Origin: Chrysomallon squamiferum
Taxonomy: Eukaryota; Animalia; Mollusca
DNA: 64,000 bases
Direction: 5' to 3'
NCBI GenBank assembly: GCA_012295275.1
Contig: CM022672.1
Location: 24,986,001-25,050,000, forward strand
Notes under the pieces: model-generated
Databases searched by the model: none
What the model was told of the DNA's origin: nothing
The model's input: only the letters and a program-made list of their open reading frames with translations
Part shown: positions 14,238 to 28,037 of the stretch, one piece after another
Position numbering within the stretch: position 1 is the first letter of the stretch
Layout: every line of letters starts with the position of its first letter
Made by a program: the position numbers and the translations under genes

Positions 14238-17200
14238 AAACAGTAGTCATGAGTAGCCGTAGTAGTAGTAGTAGTAATAGTAGTAGTAGTAGTAGCAGCA
14301 GCAGATATTTGTAGTAGTAGAGTCAATAGTAACGTTATGAGTATGACGTTCATAACTGTATAGATACGAATCGCTTTCCTGGACAGAAGAAATATAAACA
14401 TGGCTTACAGAGACGTGCTTAGAAGTCGGCAAAGGGATTAGATCTCTAAACCTCTGATACGACGGCTTAATCACAGTCTGCCGGCTCTTGAAAGCAGTGA
14501 CCAAGTTTAATTTACACTTAGTGACCACTCCATTATTACACGTTAATTAGCCAATCCCGTTCATTAGTTAATATAATTTTTTCTATGTTACAAACGAAAA
14601 CTAGTTTATTGCAGTCTGTCGTCTAATTATCATAAATATACTTTTTTACAGTAAGTAAATTAATAAGCGGTAAATAAATTGACTAAACTTTTCCTTGTTC
14701 CCTAAAAGCATCCGTGTGTGTATGTATTTTCAACATCATTATTATGTTTGGCCAGCGGCTAATGAAACCAAGGGCGATAACTGAAAAGTCCATTTAATTA
14801 TTTACTCACGTCATTCGTGGCGGTATACTTAATGCCAATACCATTAGGTGTATGTATACATTTTAGATATTGAATATAAAATAAACAGAGACAAAAAAAA
14901 AAAAAAATAACATTAGAGTAATACAAATGTGCTTCCACATATCTCTTTAAAGTATTAATAGGGCACAATGGACGTTTTATTGAGTAATGTTAACAATAGC
15001 TAAATTAAACTTGTGAAGAAAAACCATAAAATAAAATAAAAACATTTATGGAGAGACAAGTTAAGCTATGATTAATAGCGAAGGCGCATTAATCTTCACG
15101 CTTCGAGCACGGTTCGCTAGAATGTTTACAGTATTTAAACTGGAGTCAAGTTTGCACACGCAATTGATTTTAAAAAGAGTTTTCGACACCTCGATAATGA
15201 CAGTTGTATCACTTGGTAATGATATATGATTTCGTCGTCTGCTTTGATAGTCGAGAAAGACGTGATGCAGACGTCAGAACTGAAATTAACAGGTACAGCC
15301 GACAAACGAAACAAGAAAAAGGCGGGAGAAACCACGTTAATTATCTTGCTTGATTTTCTAATATTATAAATAAATAAATGTCGCTGTTTTCCGGCATTGG
15401 CAATAAAATGCCGTTGTTGTGTTTATGAAATTCCAGGTAAACAATGTTTATTAAAAAAAATAATAATAAAAAAAAAGATATTTTATTTCTTGAAATGAAA
15501 AATAGAAATGAAAGAAAAACAGCAAAGAAAAAAAAGTTTGAATAAAATTTTTTAGTTTGAAATAGTCTGTTATTATACATATTGATATTACATTTTAGTT
15601 GTTGTTTTTGTTGTTGTTGCTGCTGCTGCTGTTGTTGCTGCAACTGTTGTTGTTGCTGCAACTGTTGTTCATACTACAAAAATGTTAACTATTGATCAAT
15701 GTTATTTATTCGTTTTACTTTTGTAATGTAAATTGAATTTTGCCAAATCTTCAGAACAATATTTATATTAAAATATTTTCCAGTGCTTTATGAAAGCTGT
15801 TCAACAAACAACTATGGTTAATACAAAGACTTGTCACTACTACAGTTATTCATACTTTATAGTAACTGTTTCAGTATTATTCAAAATCTTAATAACGTTC
15901 TTTTTCTTCGTTTTCATTTACTTAATAAATAGGTTACTCTCTCTATATATATATATATCTATAGATAGATAGATAGATAGATACAGACATATATTAAAGT
16001 TTCTATATATTGTTGTGTATATATATATATATTGATGTGATGTATATATATTTTCTTATGTAAACCATTATCGTGTTATTTGATATGTATGTATAGAACG
16101 TAATAGTATATCAATGAATCATAATTGTAATCTGTAATAAGGTAATTTCATAATGTACCTCTACACCATGTCCCTATCAGAGACACCAGTTACAACTGTT
16201 ATGTAATCATTACAATTGTATATTCTTATTACGTTCGTTTTCACGACAGTCGTAAGTGCTATATACATACATACGGTATGCTTATAGGACTTTCTTTAAT
16301 TATATATTAACACTCAGTTTTTAATTTAAAAAAAACAAAAGTGATATTCTTTCTCTTTGGATCTGGTTGTCGGTATATTCACGTGAATGCATCACTGAGA
16401 TTCATGGAACATATAAAAATATTTTAAGGTGGTTCAGTAACCCGACCCACGAATTCTTTCGCTCATTAATATATATTTTCCATCCATAGTATGAGTTTCG
16501 TTATTTTTTTATATTACTAATATCTAATAATGTATTGTAATATTTAAATTTGCATTTATATTGTTATTTTTTATTGAAAAATGTAAATACGTAAACACAC
16601 ACAGAAATATGTTTGTATATACACATGCACACGTATTTGTATGTATATATATACATATATATATATATATACAGAGTCTACAGTATAAGTGTGGTTTACA
16701 TTCACCTCAGATTACTAACATCATATTTAGTGGATTAACAGTGAGTGAGTCACCGACTGGAATGTTAAGAAGGTGTATGTACGTCCGTGCATGCTTTCCT
16801 GACGAGACAGTGACGAAACACTAGGCGATGTCGTCGTAATGCACCTTGTCGTCGTGAACTCTGTCACATACATGTGTACTTCGAGTACTTTAGCCTAGGG
16901 CGTGGTGGTCACTTTGTGGTCACGCACTAACCTTGAACACAGGTTATATTGTAATGAGTCACCATCTTTGTCAATATTTGTTGTTTTCGCTGTTGTTGTT
17001 GTTGTTGTTATTATTGTTATTGTTATTATTATTATTATTATCATCATCATCATTTCCGTTGTTATTGTAGTTTTATCAATGCATATTAAAACATATGGGC
17101 AATTTATATTTTATTTCACGATATGAGAACAGATAAACTCCTAGTAGTAGTAGTAGTAGTAGTAGTAACAATAACAAGATACAAAGGCAATCCAGTAATA

Positions 17201-17630
17201 ATTCAACTTAGATGAACCAATCAGAGTGACAGGTTTGAATGACGTCATTTCAGGCACTAGTAACGTTTGTTTTGTCTAAGAATACCTGTATTTAGCGAAT
17301 GTTTGATTGACATTACCTGACTGGGTCATGATAAGTATTCGAGTTAATCACCAGTAATTAATGAAGAAGAACGATTGCCTTTCCAAAGTCAATAACCGCA
17401 GATAAATAATTAAATAGTGGTCTTTATTTTCTCATTAGTGCTGACAATAGACCTGTATTGTTAACTTAATAAATCTCTGAATGTCTTTCTCTTTCTATCG
17501 CTGTCTCTAATTATCTGTCTTTCTCTGTCTTTCTACTTCTCTTTATCTCTCTTTATTTCTCTTTATTTTTATTAGTCTCTCTCTTTCTTGTTTTCTCTCT
17601 TTATCTATCTATTTGTCCTTTTTTCTCTCT

Positions 17631-17701
<71 letters not shown>

Positions 17702-17832
17702 AAATTAATTATTCTGCATGAATAGTCTGGCAGATTAGCTATAACATGTTACCTGAATGAATGAATGAATTTTTATTTATATTATTAGTTATTACTTCCC
17801 AAACAATATATATATTTAAAAAATATATGTTG

Positions 17833-17876
<44 letters not shown>

Positions 17877-18296
17877 TTATTTTAAATATATTTTTAAAAT
17901 ATTTGTTACATTAATAATTATTTCTTTCTTTCCTCTTTTTTTTCAAAAAATGTATTTTGAAAAGATGTAATAAGAAACCAACTATCGCTACTTTACAGAC
18001 TGTTCTTATCCACTGGTAGTAAGGTTACCCTTACATGCACCTTCTCATAAACAGCTTAAATTTTGATAATACAATCGACCAGAGGTTACTGGCTTTTTTC
18101 GATGATATAAATCATTAAATGTTTATCAAGATGTTTAGTGCAGTATTCAGTAAGAAGATCAGCTTTTCTGAGGCGATGTCACGTTTATCTGTTTAAACAG
18201 TGACCATTTAGTCCCAGCGTTTATACACTCACTGAGGTCACAGAGATTTAGGAAAAAAAAATATCTTAGTATAAGTAAACAGTACCATACGATGTA

Positions 18297-18439
<143 letters not shown>

Positions 18440-20435
18440 AAAAAATATATTTCAAATCTTGATTGTTTGTTGAGTGTTGTTTTATCTATTTATCTGTCTA
18501 TCTCATTTTCCTTTCTCTAAAGAGAAATAAAGAAAATTATTCCTTTTCTTCTTATTATTATTCCTCTATCGTTTTCTTACATTCTTACACCCCCTCTTTT
18601 TCTCTTTCGGTTTTATGTCACATAAAAATTCGGACGATCCACTTTACGTGGATAAAAGTGTGTTTTTTGTTAACAAAAGCTCTACGCGACGCTTTCTTTG
18701 ATTGTATAATAATTAACACGTCGCCTGTATCTCCCTATTTTGGTTTCGTAAAGTTGGTTTTGGAGCTGTGGTGATAAGTGTTTTCTAATCTCAACTGCAA
18801 ACTCGGCGAACAAAAAGAACCTCGGAGGCGAAAAACGACTTACAAATCACAAGTTGTTTGTTCGCCGGTCTCTGGCTGAATTTAGATGTTTCTCATTGTC
18901 CACGAAATGGCCACAGCTGGTGTACAGCGAGCACTAGTATCCCCTGTTAGTTTTTTTTTTTTTTTTTTTTTTCAAACATTTCGAACCGAGCGACCCACGC
19001 TTATATTGTATGCCGCTCGCGTTTGTCATTTTACTTGTTAGAGATATACTTAGCGTAACAATTAGATCCGTGAAAGCCAGACGTTCTGTGGCTTTTGAGA
19101 GGTGTAAACCGGTTTCAAAGGAAAGCAAACACTGTTATTTAAACCCTGCATGTTTCAGAAGTGTTCGTGCATTATTCATGAACGGTTATATATATACGTC
19201 TTTGTTAAGATGCATATATGTATAGATACATTTATATCACTCTTTTTTTCTTTTTTTTATCTATGAAACTGAATGCTTTGCATTCTCTAGGCAATAATGA
19301 ACGTGTATATGCTTCATGAATATGTTTATAATAAAAATGTAAACTTTAAGCTATAAAATATTTTATTTTTGCATAATCATAATGAAAAGGAAGTTTTTTT
19401 TGTTGTTGTTTATGTTTCTTTTTTTTTTCTTCTTCCTTTTCTTCTTCTTTTTTTTTTTTTCTTCTTCTTTTTTTTAATTAAAAATTTGTTGAGGTTTTTT
19501 CTTCTTATTTTTTGATATCGTGTGATTTTAAAGATTAATCTGTCTCCATGACCGTCAAGCGAGAACAAACTTAAGGTTTACCAAGATTAAAATAATTTTT
19601 TTTTTTTTTTATTTTTTTTTTTTAACTTTAAAAAATAAAGAATAGAATATTTTCTTTTCTTGTTCTTTCTTCTTCCTACACATCTGATCTGATCCTTTAG
19701 AAAGAAAATCACGACTAAATATATATAAAATATAAAAAAAATAATAATAATAAATAAAATAATAACAACATAAATAATAATAATAATTATAATAATAACA
19801 ATAACAAAGTGCTTCCATCACATAAACTTCGACCAGCTTCAAACTTCTAAATTACTAATACAAAAAAAAAAAAAAAAAAAATTCATTTCATATTCTCGAA
19901 ATCTGTAATCTGTTCTTTTATGATGCTGTTGTTGTTGTTTTGCGACGACTAAACTAGACATCTTAAAGCAGACATTACACCCACTCACGATGTCATGGTG
20001 AAAAATCCTCGGATAATGGGGCGCGCGAGCAGTAACGTCTGCTTCACTGATTCGTCGTCTGTCGTCAGAATCTGATCGTTTCTTCGCGAACACAGCTGGC
20101 CATGTCTTATTCGTCTTACGTACGTTAATGAAACAGGAATTTGTAGCTCTTATTTTTGTAATGCAGCCACCTGGGTCATTTCCTGGCCTTAGTGAAGTGT
20201 CTTATTAAATGCCATCGTTTGCGAGAGCAGCAAACCGTCTAGAATTGAAGAAGAAGAAGAAGAAGAAAAAAAAAATAATAATTTGGTGTTTTTTTTTTGT
20301 TATTGCAGTCGCCTGGTTTGTTGTTTCAATGGGGTTTTTTTCTGAATTAAATTTATATTGGTATCTAAAAGAATAAAAATTTTAGTAATTTTGAGTCAAC
20401 ATAATTTTGTTTATGAGGGTAAGAATTTATAATAT

Positions 20436-20478
<43 letters not shown>

Positions 20479-21933
20479 ATGCGTGTGTGCCTATATACTA
20501 TAGAACGAGGGGAGTTTTCGAATGTAAATGAATATATGGTGATTGTATCTGTGTTTGAATGCATGCCTGATCAGTATAGTAATATTCTTATGCATATTTT
20601 CTGTGGCAATCATTTTTCTGTTATTGATTTTTTTGTTTCTGATAATCTTGTGGTTGTATACTGAGATCGAAGTCTAAATGCGGAATTAATGGACTCCGAC
20701 ATGAACAGTCATACAGCAGCAGCAGTAAATGAAGTGTCATATTATGTTAAATATAACCACTGCTTACATTTTATACAGTTAGGCTATGTCTTTTTGTCAT
20801 TTTCTTTTAATACTCTTCATTTTTATTAATTTTTCTTTTTTTTTTTTCTTTTCTATTTTTAATTTGTTTCTTTTGTTATTATTTATTATAAATATAGAAA
20901 TATACTATGATGATGGACACTCTCCAGCTGTGAGTTTAATTTGTCCGACATTCCAGCTTCCCGAGTGACCAATACTCTTTAGCTGTAGTATAAAATAACT
21001 GTACAGCCGGCTGCAGACCGTAAACAATATTTATTGGTTTAAGCAACTGAATGACACAGTCTTTAATGAAATCAACTAAATAATCAAAGTACACGTATCT
21101 CTTTGTTAGTCAAAGAAAACGGCAGTAAAAGCCAATCAGTTTATCGCCTTGAACTAACACCGCCATAGCCTTTTACGATCGATGTCATTCAAGGCCTGCC
21201 GATCACCTCCGATGAGTTGTCGGAAGCCGAAATACCATTACCGTTCGTCATCGCCTCTCGCCCGCAGTTGTTACGTAAGAAAGTGTTAATTTTCTCGGGT
21301 AAGATCGTTATCACTCGAGAACCGAACACTGACGATGCGTGAGATTACATTTCGATAGTAACGTCAACGAAGGTTTCGGAAAGCCGCGGAGAATTTCTTT
21401 TGCATTTGCAAACAGTTATTGTCCGCGCCAAATATCTGTTTCAATTCACCGAGTTCAATTTAACGTGAACTCCATTTGTAATAATTTTAAAACTCATTTC
21501 TTTTGAACGTTACTGAGATTTCTTAGATGTAAAGTCGGCGTAATTACGTAGTTACAGACATTTCTTTTCAGCTGTAATGAAATTACTCTGCTGTTTTCAC
21601 TGTGTTCCATGTCGAAATTACTTTGAAAATGTTGGGCAACAAGGGATTTTCCATAATTAATTAAAGCTAATTAAAAATAAATAAATAAAAGTTTTAATGT
21701 TAATTAAATTGTTTTTTTTTTTAAGACAGTTCTCTTCACAACATGTAATATTTAATTATATAAATATTTGAATACACAAAAATATAAATAAAGATGACAA
21801 AAACAAAATGTTTTGTTACATCATTATATAATTATATGAAGTATATCATCTATAAGCTGATATATTTTTTGTGTATAATTATTATTTTCATTTTTAAATA
21901 ATAATAATACGTTTTAAATTTTCATTTATTTTG

Positions 21934-22039
<106 letters not shown>

Positions 22040-22139
22040 TTCCTTTTTCTAAATATAAATAAAGTACAGCAACAAGAACTGAATTATTTTGCGGAAACAC
22101 TTTCTATATTAGCTTTCTCTACTTTCAAAAATCAGAGAA

Positions 22140-22410
22140 AAGTGGCAGAACAGATGAACAGAGCTAAGGCATCATAGGTCACAGGTTCAGTCCTTTTCAG
22201 AGGGCTCACTGGGCTTTTTTTTTTTTTTTATTAAGATGACTGTTTTCAAAACCTGCGGAATATACTTCCATGTCTCTGGAAAGATGCATATAACTGATCC
22301 TATACTGCCAGGCAAAAACAAATAGGCTTCGTCTCATATTTTCTGACATAATCCTTAATTATAATGATCTAGCATGTCGTCGTAGACTGAGAAAAAAAGA
22401 AAAAAAAAAA
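22140..22410 (+). mobile_element. Decayed tRNA-derived SINE-like element
   Basis: A-box-like TGGCAGAACAG and B-box-like GGTTCAGTCC, followed by a body (tcaaaa..gc..tct.tg.aa.g.tg.atataa..gat) shared with 54430-54520, and an A-rich tail. Resembles mollusc SINE central domains from memory. Confidence 0.5.
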
Positions 22411-23564
22411 AGAAAGCAGAATAAATAAAAGACATCTTGAATAAACGTTTTTGTTTACCGGATATGACGTCATACCGGAAGAACGAAAGACACGAAACGG
22501 CAAATGCGTACAAATGAAAAGTGACAAGTGCATATCTTGCGTATATTGATCAAGTGAGTAGAAATGAGATGACGTTCACGCATGGTTACTCAAGTGCGTC
22601 AGATGATGTTCAGACCTACAAGTATGACTGGTTTATGCAGAATAATAAAAAAAATAATAATAATAGTAATAGTAATAATAATAATCATCATAATAATAAT
22701 AATGATGATGATGATGATGATAAATAAATAACATTTAAAATGCACCAGAGGCGGTGCAGTTAATTTTGCTGGATGGTGACTTGTGAGTGTTGAGGAGCTA
22801 GAACTATATATATGTATAAATACACAACACAACATACACACACACATTCACACACATACACACTCACACACACACACACATTTTTACACACATTCACACA
22901 CATGTATGTATAAGTATATATTTATACACACACACACACGCACGCACATATATATACACATACATAAAAAATAAATCAATTGTTTTATTTATTTATTTAT
23001 TTAATTATTTTTTTATTTATTGATTATTTTATTTATTACCTAATAATTCACCGAATTTTCATAAATATATTACAATGATAATATTAAAATCTAAACTTGT
23101 ATATATTATCTATAAAATTCGGTCTTCAAGAACGGGATTTACAGAGAGCAACATTATTGATAATTTTCTAATTTTCAATGCTGAGTGCAAATAATTAACT
23201 TTGTTTCTAATTTTGCACTAAATAATCTAGTCCGCCTAGTGCACTTTATTCGTATTTAATTTGTTTTGTGCGTGAAACAAGGTTCAAACTGAAAATAAAA
23301 ATGCCAAGTACTAAAAGGATTGTTGAAGGCTTTTGCTTTTAAATACAGCGGGTTGGAAAGTGCTTGCGTTGTAAAGTTTTAACGAAGGTTAACGAGTTCA
23401 TTTCGTCTCGTTGACCATTTGAGTTATTTCCCGTTCCGAACGGTATTCAAAGCAAAATATTTTTCCTTATTCTCGTGTACAAATTTCTCTTGCTTCAAAT
23501 TACAAAATACATGCACAGCGTATATGATACTTCAGGATGAATTCACTGTTAAACAATACTATAT

Positions 23565-23599
<35 letters not shown>

Positions 23600-24096
23600 T
23601 CTTCTTCTTTTTTTTAATTAAACTTTCTTCATTGTTTATTTGCTTCTTTCATTCAGTTTCTCTGTATTTCAGTCTTTCATCACCTTGGTGGTTGTTTTGT
23701 TTATTTTTATTTAATTTTGTTTGTCATCGTTTTTGCTGGGGTTTTTAATTATTGTTGTTGTTGTTTCTGCATTCTGTTGTAGGGAATTGTTTGACGGTTT
23801 TTTTGCTTATTGTTGATTTTCGTTTTTCCGTTTTTTTGTTTGTTTTTTTTATGTATCTAAATTTTTAAATAATATTTAATTTTTTATTTATTTATATTAT
23901 TTTTCATTATTTATTTATTTGCAGGCTTTGTTGTTTGTTTCGGTGTTTTGGGGGTTGGGGGTGTTTGGTGTGTTGGATAGTTTTTTTATTGTAAAATTTT
24001 GATAAAGTTTAGAAATTTGACATACAGACTTTCAAGAAATTTTTTAAATTAAAATTATTTATTATTTTATAATTATTATTATTGATGTCGTTGTAT

Positions 24097-24127
<31 letters not shown>

Positions 24128-24925
24128 TTATTTACTTTTTTCTTTTTAAACATTTTATAATAATATTTTTTATCATATCTTTCGAATCCAAATGACCTTC
24201 ATACATAGCTGTTAACTCACATAAAATACTGTTTGATGTCTATCTCATGTTTATATATTTACCAATAAAAATACAATAAAATGTGTTCATTGTTCTGTAG
24301 ATATGTCATTTTCGTTTGATGATAAAAATATAAAAACAAAAAACCGCCTTCTGGCTACACATTTTCTTCTCTGAAGGACAGGCTTGTAAAATATTGTTTG
24401 TAATTCATAAAACAGAAAGATGCCGACAGAATTTAGAATGGAAAAAAAGAGTTACAGATGCCACAAGGTTCAATGAATGATGAATAAACTATGGAAATTT
24501 AATAATGATAATAAATAATTAATTGTTTTAAAAAATAAAAATAAATAAAAAAATCGAATAGCAAATTTTTATTTAAAAATATATATAAAATAACAAATTG
24601 TTAATTTTAATATATTTTATTATGATAATAAAATATAAGTTTTCTTTAAATTATTAGAAATTTTCAGTTTTTAACAATATTAAATTATTAATTTAAAAAA
24701 AAAATACAAAATAATAAATTATTGATTTTAATACAGATTATAATAAATTTTAATTTTTAAATTAATAATAAATTATTAATATTAAAATAAATAATAATAA
24801 GTTAAATTTAAAATAAGTAATATTAAATATTATTTTTAAAATGTATTTATTTATTTATTATATTGTTGTAGCTGGTGTTACTGATGTTGTTGTTGTTGTT
24901 ATTGGTATTAGTATTATTACTGGGC

Positions 24926-24971
<46 letters not shown>

Positions 24972-25432
24972 TCTAGATTATCCGTGAGATTAATATTAAT
25001 TTCCTGTTGATAGAGTTAATGGGCGGATGGTTAAAAAAACAAAATGTAATTTATATTCTTGTTAATGCAGCTTTCAATTTATGCAGAAAAGGGTAACAGG
25101 TTCAGGTTTTTTTTTTTTTTTTTTTTGTATATGGAGAAAAAAATAAAATAAAAAACAAAAAAAAAAACATTTACTTTGAAAATAGTTAATTATATTTGTC
25201 TGTAACGTTACTGACTGTCAGATCAAACAAAACAGTTCATTTAAAATTATTTAATTTATCCTGTGTTTATTTATCTAGATTAATTACTTTATCAGTTGTG
25301 ATGAAAACTGTTTTTATTGGATGTTACGTTTCTATTTATCATTATCATTATCATTAGTATTATTAATATTGTTTTTGTTGTTGCTGCTGCTGTTATTGTT
25401 GTTGTTATTGTTGTTGTTGTTGTTGCTGCTGC

Positions 25433-25463
<31 letters not shown>

Positions 25464-27400
25464 ATAGCAACTATAACTACTGTCAATACTACTACCACTG
25501 CAACTTTTCTGTAATACTACTATTATCACAACTGCACTTTCATGTTTGTCTGTCTTTGTGTCTGTATGTGTGGGTGTTCATGTGGGCGGGTGTGGGTGTG
25601 TTTGTGGGGGGAGTATTCACTTTTCTAAAACTTTTCTAACTTTTGACTATTTTGGCTAATGGACATTATTGTCATAAATAAACATAAAATCGGACGACAA
25701 AATATATCTGTCGACTTATCTTGACATTTATTTAGCAAATTAATTCACTTACATTCTACATGACTTGTAGGTATTATTTTAATTATGCTGGATGTTATAT
25801 AACTTTATATTTTTGTGTTAAATAACAAGTGCATCGTTTTAAAACAAATTAAATATATTATATTTTTTTTATAAATATTCTTTTAAAATTTAAAATTGTT
25901 CTTTTCTTCTGAAAATTGAAGAAATTTAACAAAACAAAATAATAAATAAATAAATAAATAAATAACAATACGAAGAAGACAGAAACATTTCAAGTGTCAC
26001 ATGATTTAAATTTGAAAAAAGAAAAACTGAGGGTTTTTTGTTGCTGCTTTTGTTGTTGTTGCTGTTCTGTTTGTTGGAACCTTACAAAAGAAAACTGAAT
26101 TCTGTTTAGATCAAGTTTCTTATTTTATTAGAAACTGTTGCATAACGTAATTAGCTACTTGAGCATGTTAACACATTATCTGTCTAACTAATAAATGCGT
26201 TTACAGATCCATATGTCGAGACAAAATGAAAACTCGGTACAGGTGTGATTATAAATACATTAAAAAGTAACACTGTAACTAGGTTTTCTGTTACAAGAAG
26301 GAAATATAAGCTCACGAGAAAATTAAAAACGAAAACAAAAGGGAGAGTGTCCGGAAACCGAGATTTTCATTTGAAATAGCGTGCTCGTCCATAATTCTGT
26401 TAATTGTAACTAGCGTTATCACACGTACTAGAGAAAGCAGACGTCAGTTACCGTAAATACTCTATTATACGACAAATAGTGACAATTGGTCTGTTTCTCC
26501 TTCTTCGCCTGTCATGTGTTTCTTTCCTTTGTGACAGGTTTCTGTGCCTTGTTTTACTTTTAAATGTTTCTTATTGCATTGTATGTTTTGTTAAACTTTT
26601 CTTATCCTGTGTACTTTTCTGTAAATTGCTGTGTTCTCCATCTTGTATACTTTGCTATCTATTCGTGTACGTTTTGTCATAGTTTTCTATTCTTTACGTT
26701 GATTTTTGTGACAGCCCCTAGTTTCTTTGTGTGCTTTTTCTCTTTTCTATGTTTTTTTTTTCCCCCCGCTATTTCACTAGATTTGTTTTGAAATTTCGTG
26801 CCTTTTTGAATTTTATCCTATTCGCCTAATAAGATGCTAGGATTTGTTTTAGCTTGTTTTGTATCTTTTATACTCTTTTCCTACTGGCATAAATGCCGTA
26901 ATAACATCTTCATTTGAAATAATTCTGAACATCTCTAGGCATAAAGATTTATTGGTGTGTTTGTTAGTTATGTTCATCGTCTATCAAAAAATCACATTTT
27001 CACCAAACCACATTTTTAATATCATTTTAATTTACTTGTACCAGCCCATTCCCATTGCAACTTGGCTCCTTCCTGTCCCGAGTAAAATTCAGTGCAAAAC
27101 ATTCCGTCTTTATTTTGTTCCATAAAATTGTTTAATGATTCAGCTGATTTTTTATTTTATTTTTTATTTTTTTTTATTTAAATCTCTTTCTTTAACCCTT
27201 TTGGCAGCTTCTTCTCGATTTACACTCATTATCACTTCTGTTATACCTCGTTTCTTGTCGTGCGCTGCAGGTTCCCCCACAATTAATGTCAGTTTGAAGC
27301 AACAGTAGATAAACCATATGGTTTCAAATACCGTTTCCGTTGAGGCTTTTTTTCTTCTTCTTCTTCTTCTTCTGTTACCTTTGACCACAGACAAATTATG

Positions 27401-27401
<1 letters not shown>

Positions 27402-27470
<69 letters not shown>
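27402..27470. repeat. (TG)n microsatellite
   Basis: Directly visible. Confidence 0.95.
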
Positions 27471-27473
<3 letters not shown>

Positions 27474-28001
27474 AGGTAGACCCATAGTAGGAATGCCAAT
27501 AAATACATACGAAAGTAAACGTAAACGTATGAACGTATGTATGTCTATACGTTTGTATATTTGTATGCATATGTGTACATGTTCATGATTATGTATGTAT
27601 GTGTATATGCTAATGTTTATTTTTTTTTCCCCATTTTTATTCATGTATTTATTTTATTGCATTTATTAGCATAATTTTGTTTTCAAAATTATAATTAAGC
27701 CAAAGTCTGGTGCATCCAATGAATAATTTGATGAAAGTGCTTTTAAAATATTTAAATTAAACAATTCGAATATTTGAATATTAATCAAAGTTTTTCTCGT
27801 TGTCCCTTCTTTCAGTAGCGTTTAATAAAAGTCATTTTCAATTATATGAAATTAGCTGTCACCACAACTAGAATTCATTTTGGTTATGTATAATGATGCC
27901 AAACGTTAAATTCTCGCCTGAATGTCATTTCATAGTACATACTCGCCCATACTTTTTTTTTATAACTAATTTTTTTTTAAAGATATTATTATTATTATTA
28001 T

Positions 28002-28037
<36 letters not shown>

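Noticed and set aside
21182-21300. CpG-rich segment with two gtaag donors as another RXR first exon
   Set aside because: The ATG-containing frame ends at phase 0, incompatible with exon 2, and the phase-1 frame has no ATG; more likely an enhancer.
22140-22200. Functional tRNA gene
   Set aside because: Only degenerate A/B-box traces, no complete cloverleaf; interpreted as a SINE head.
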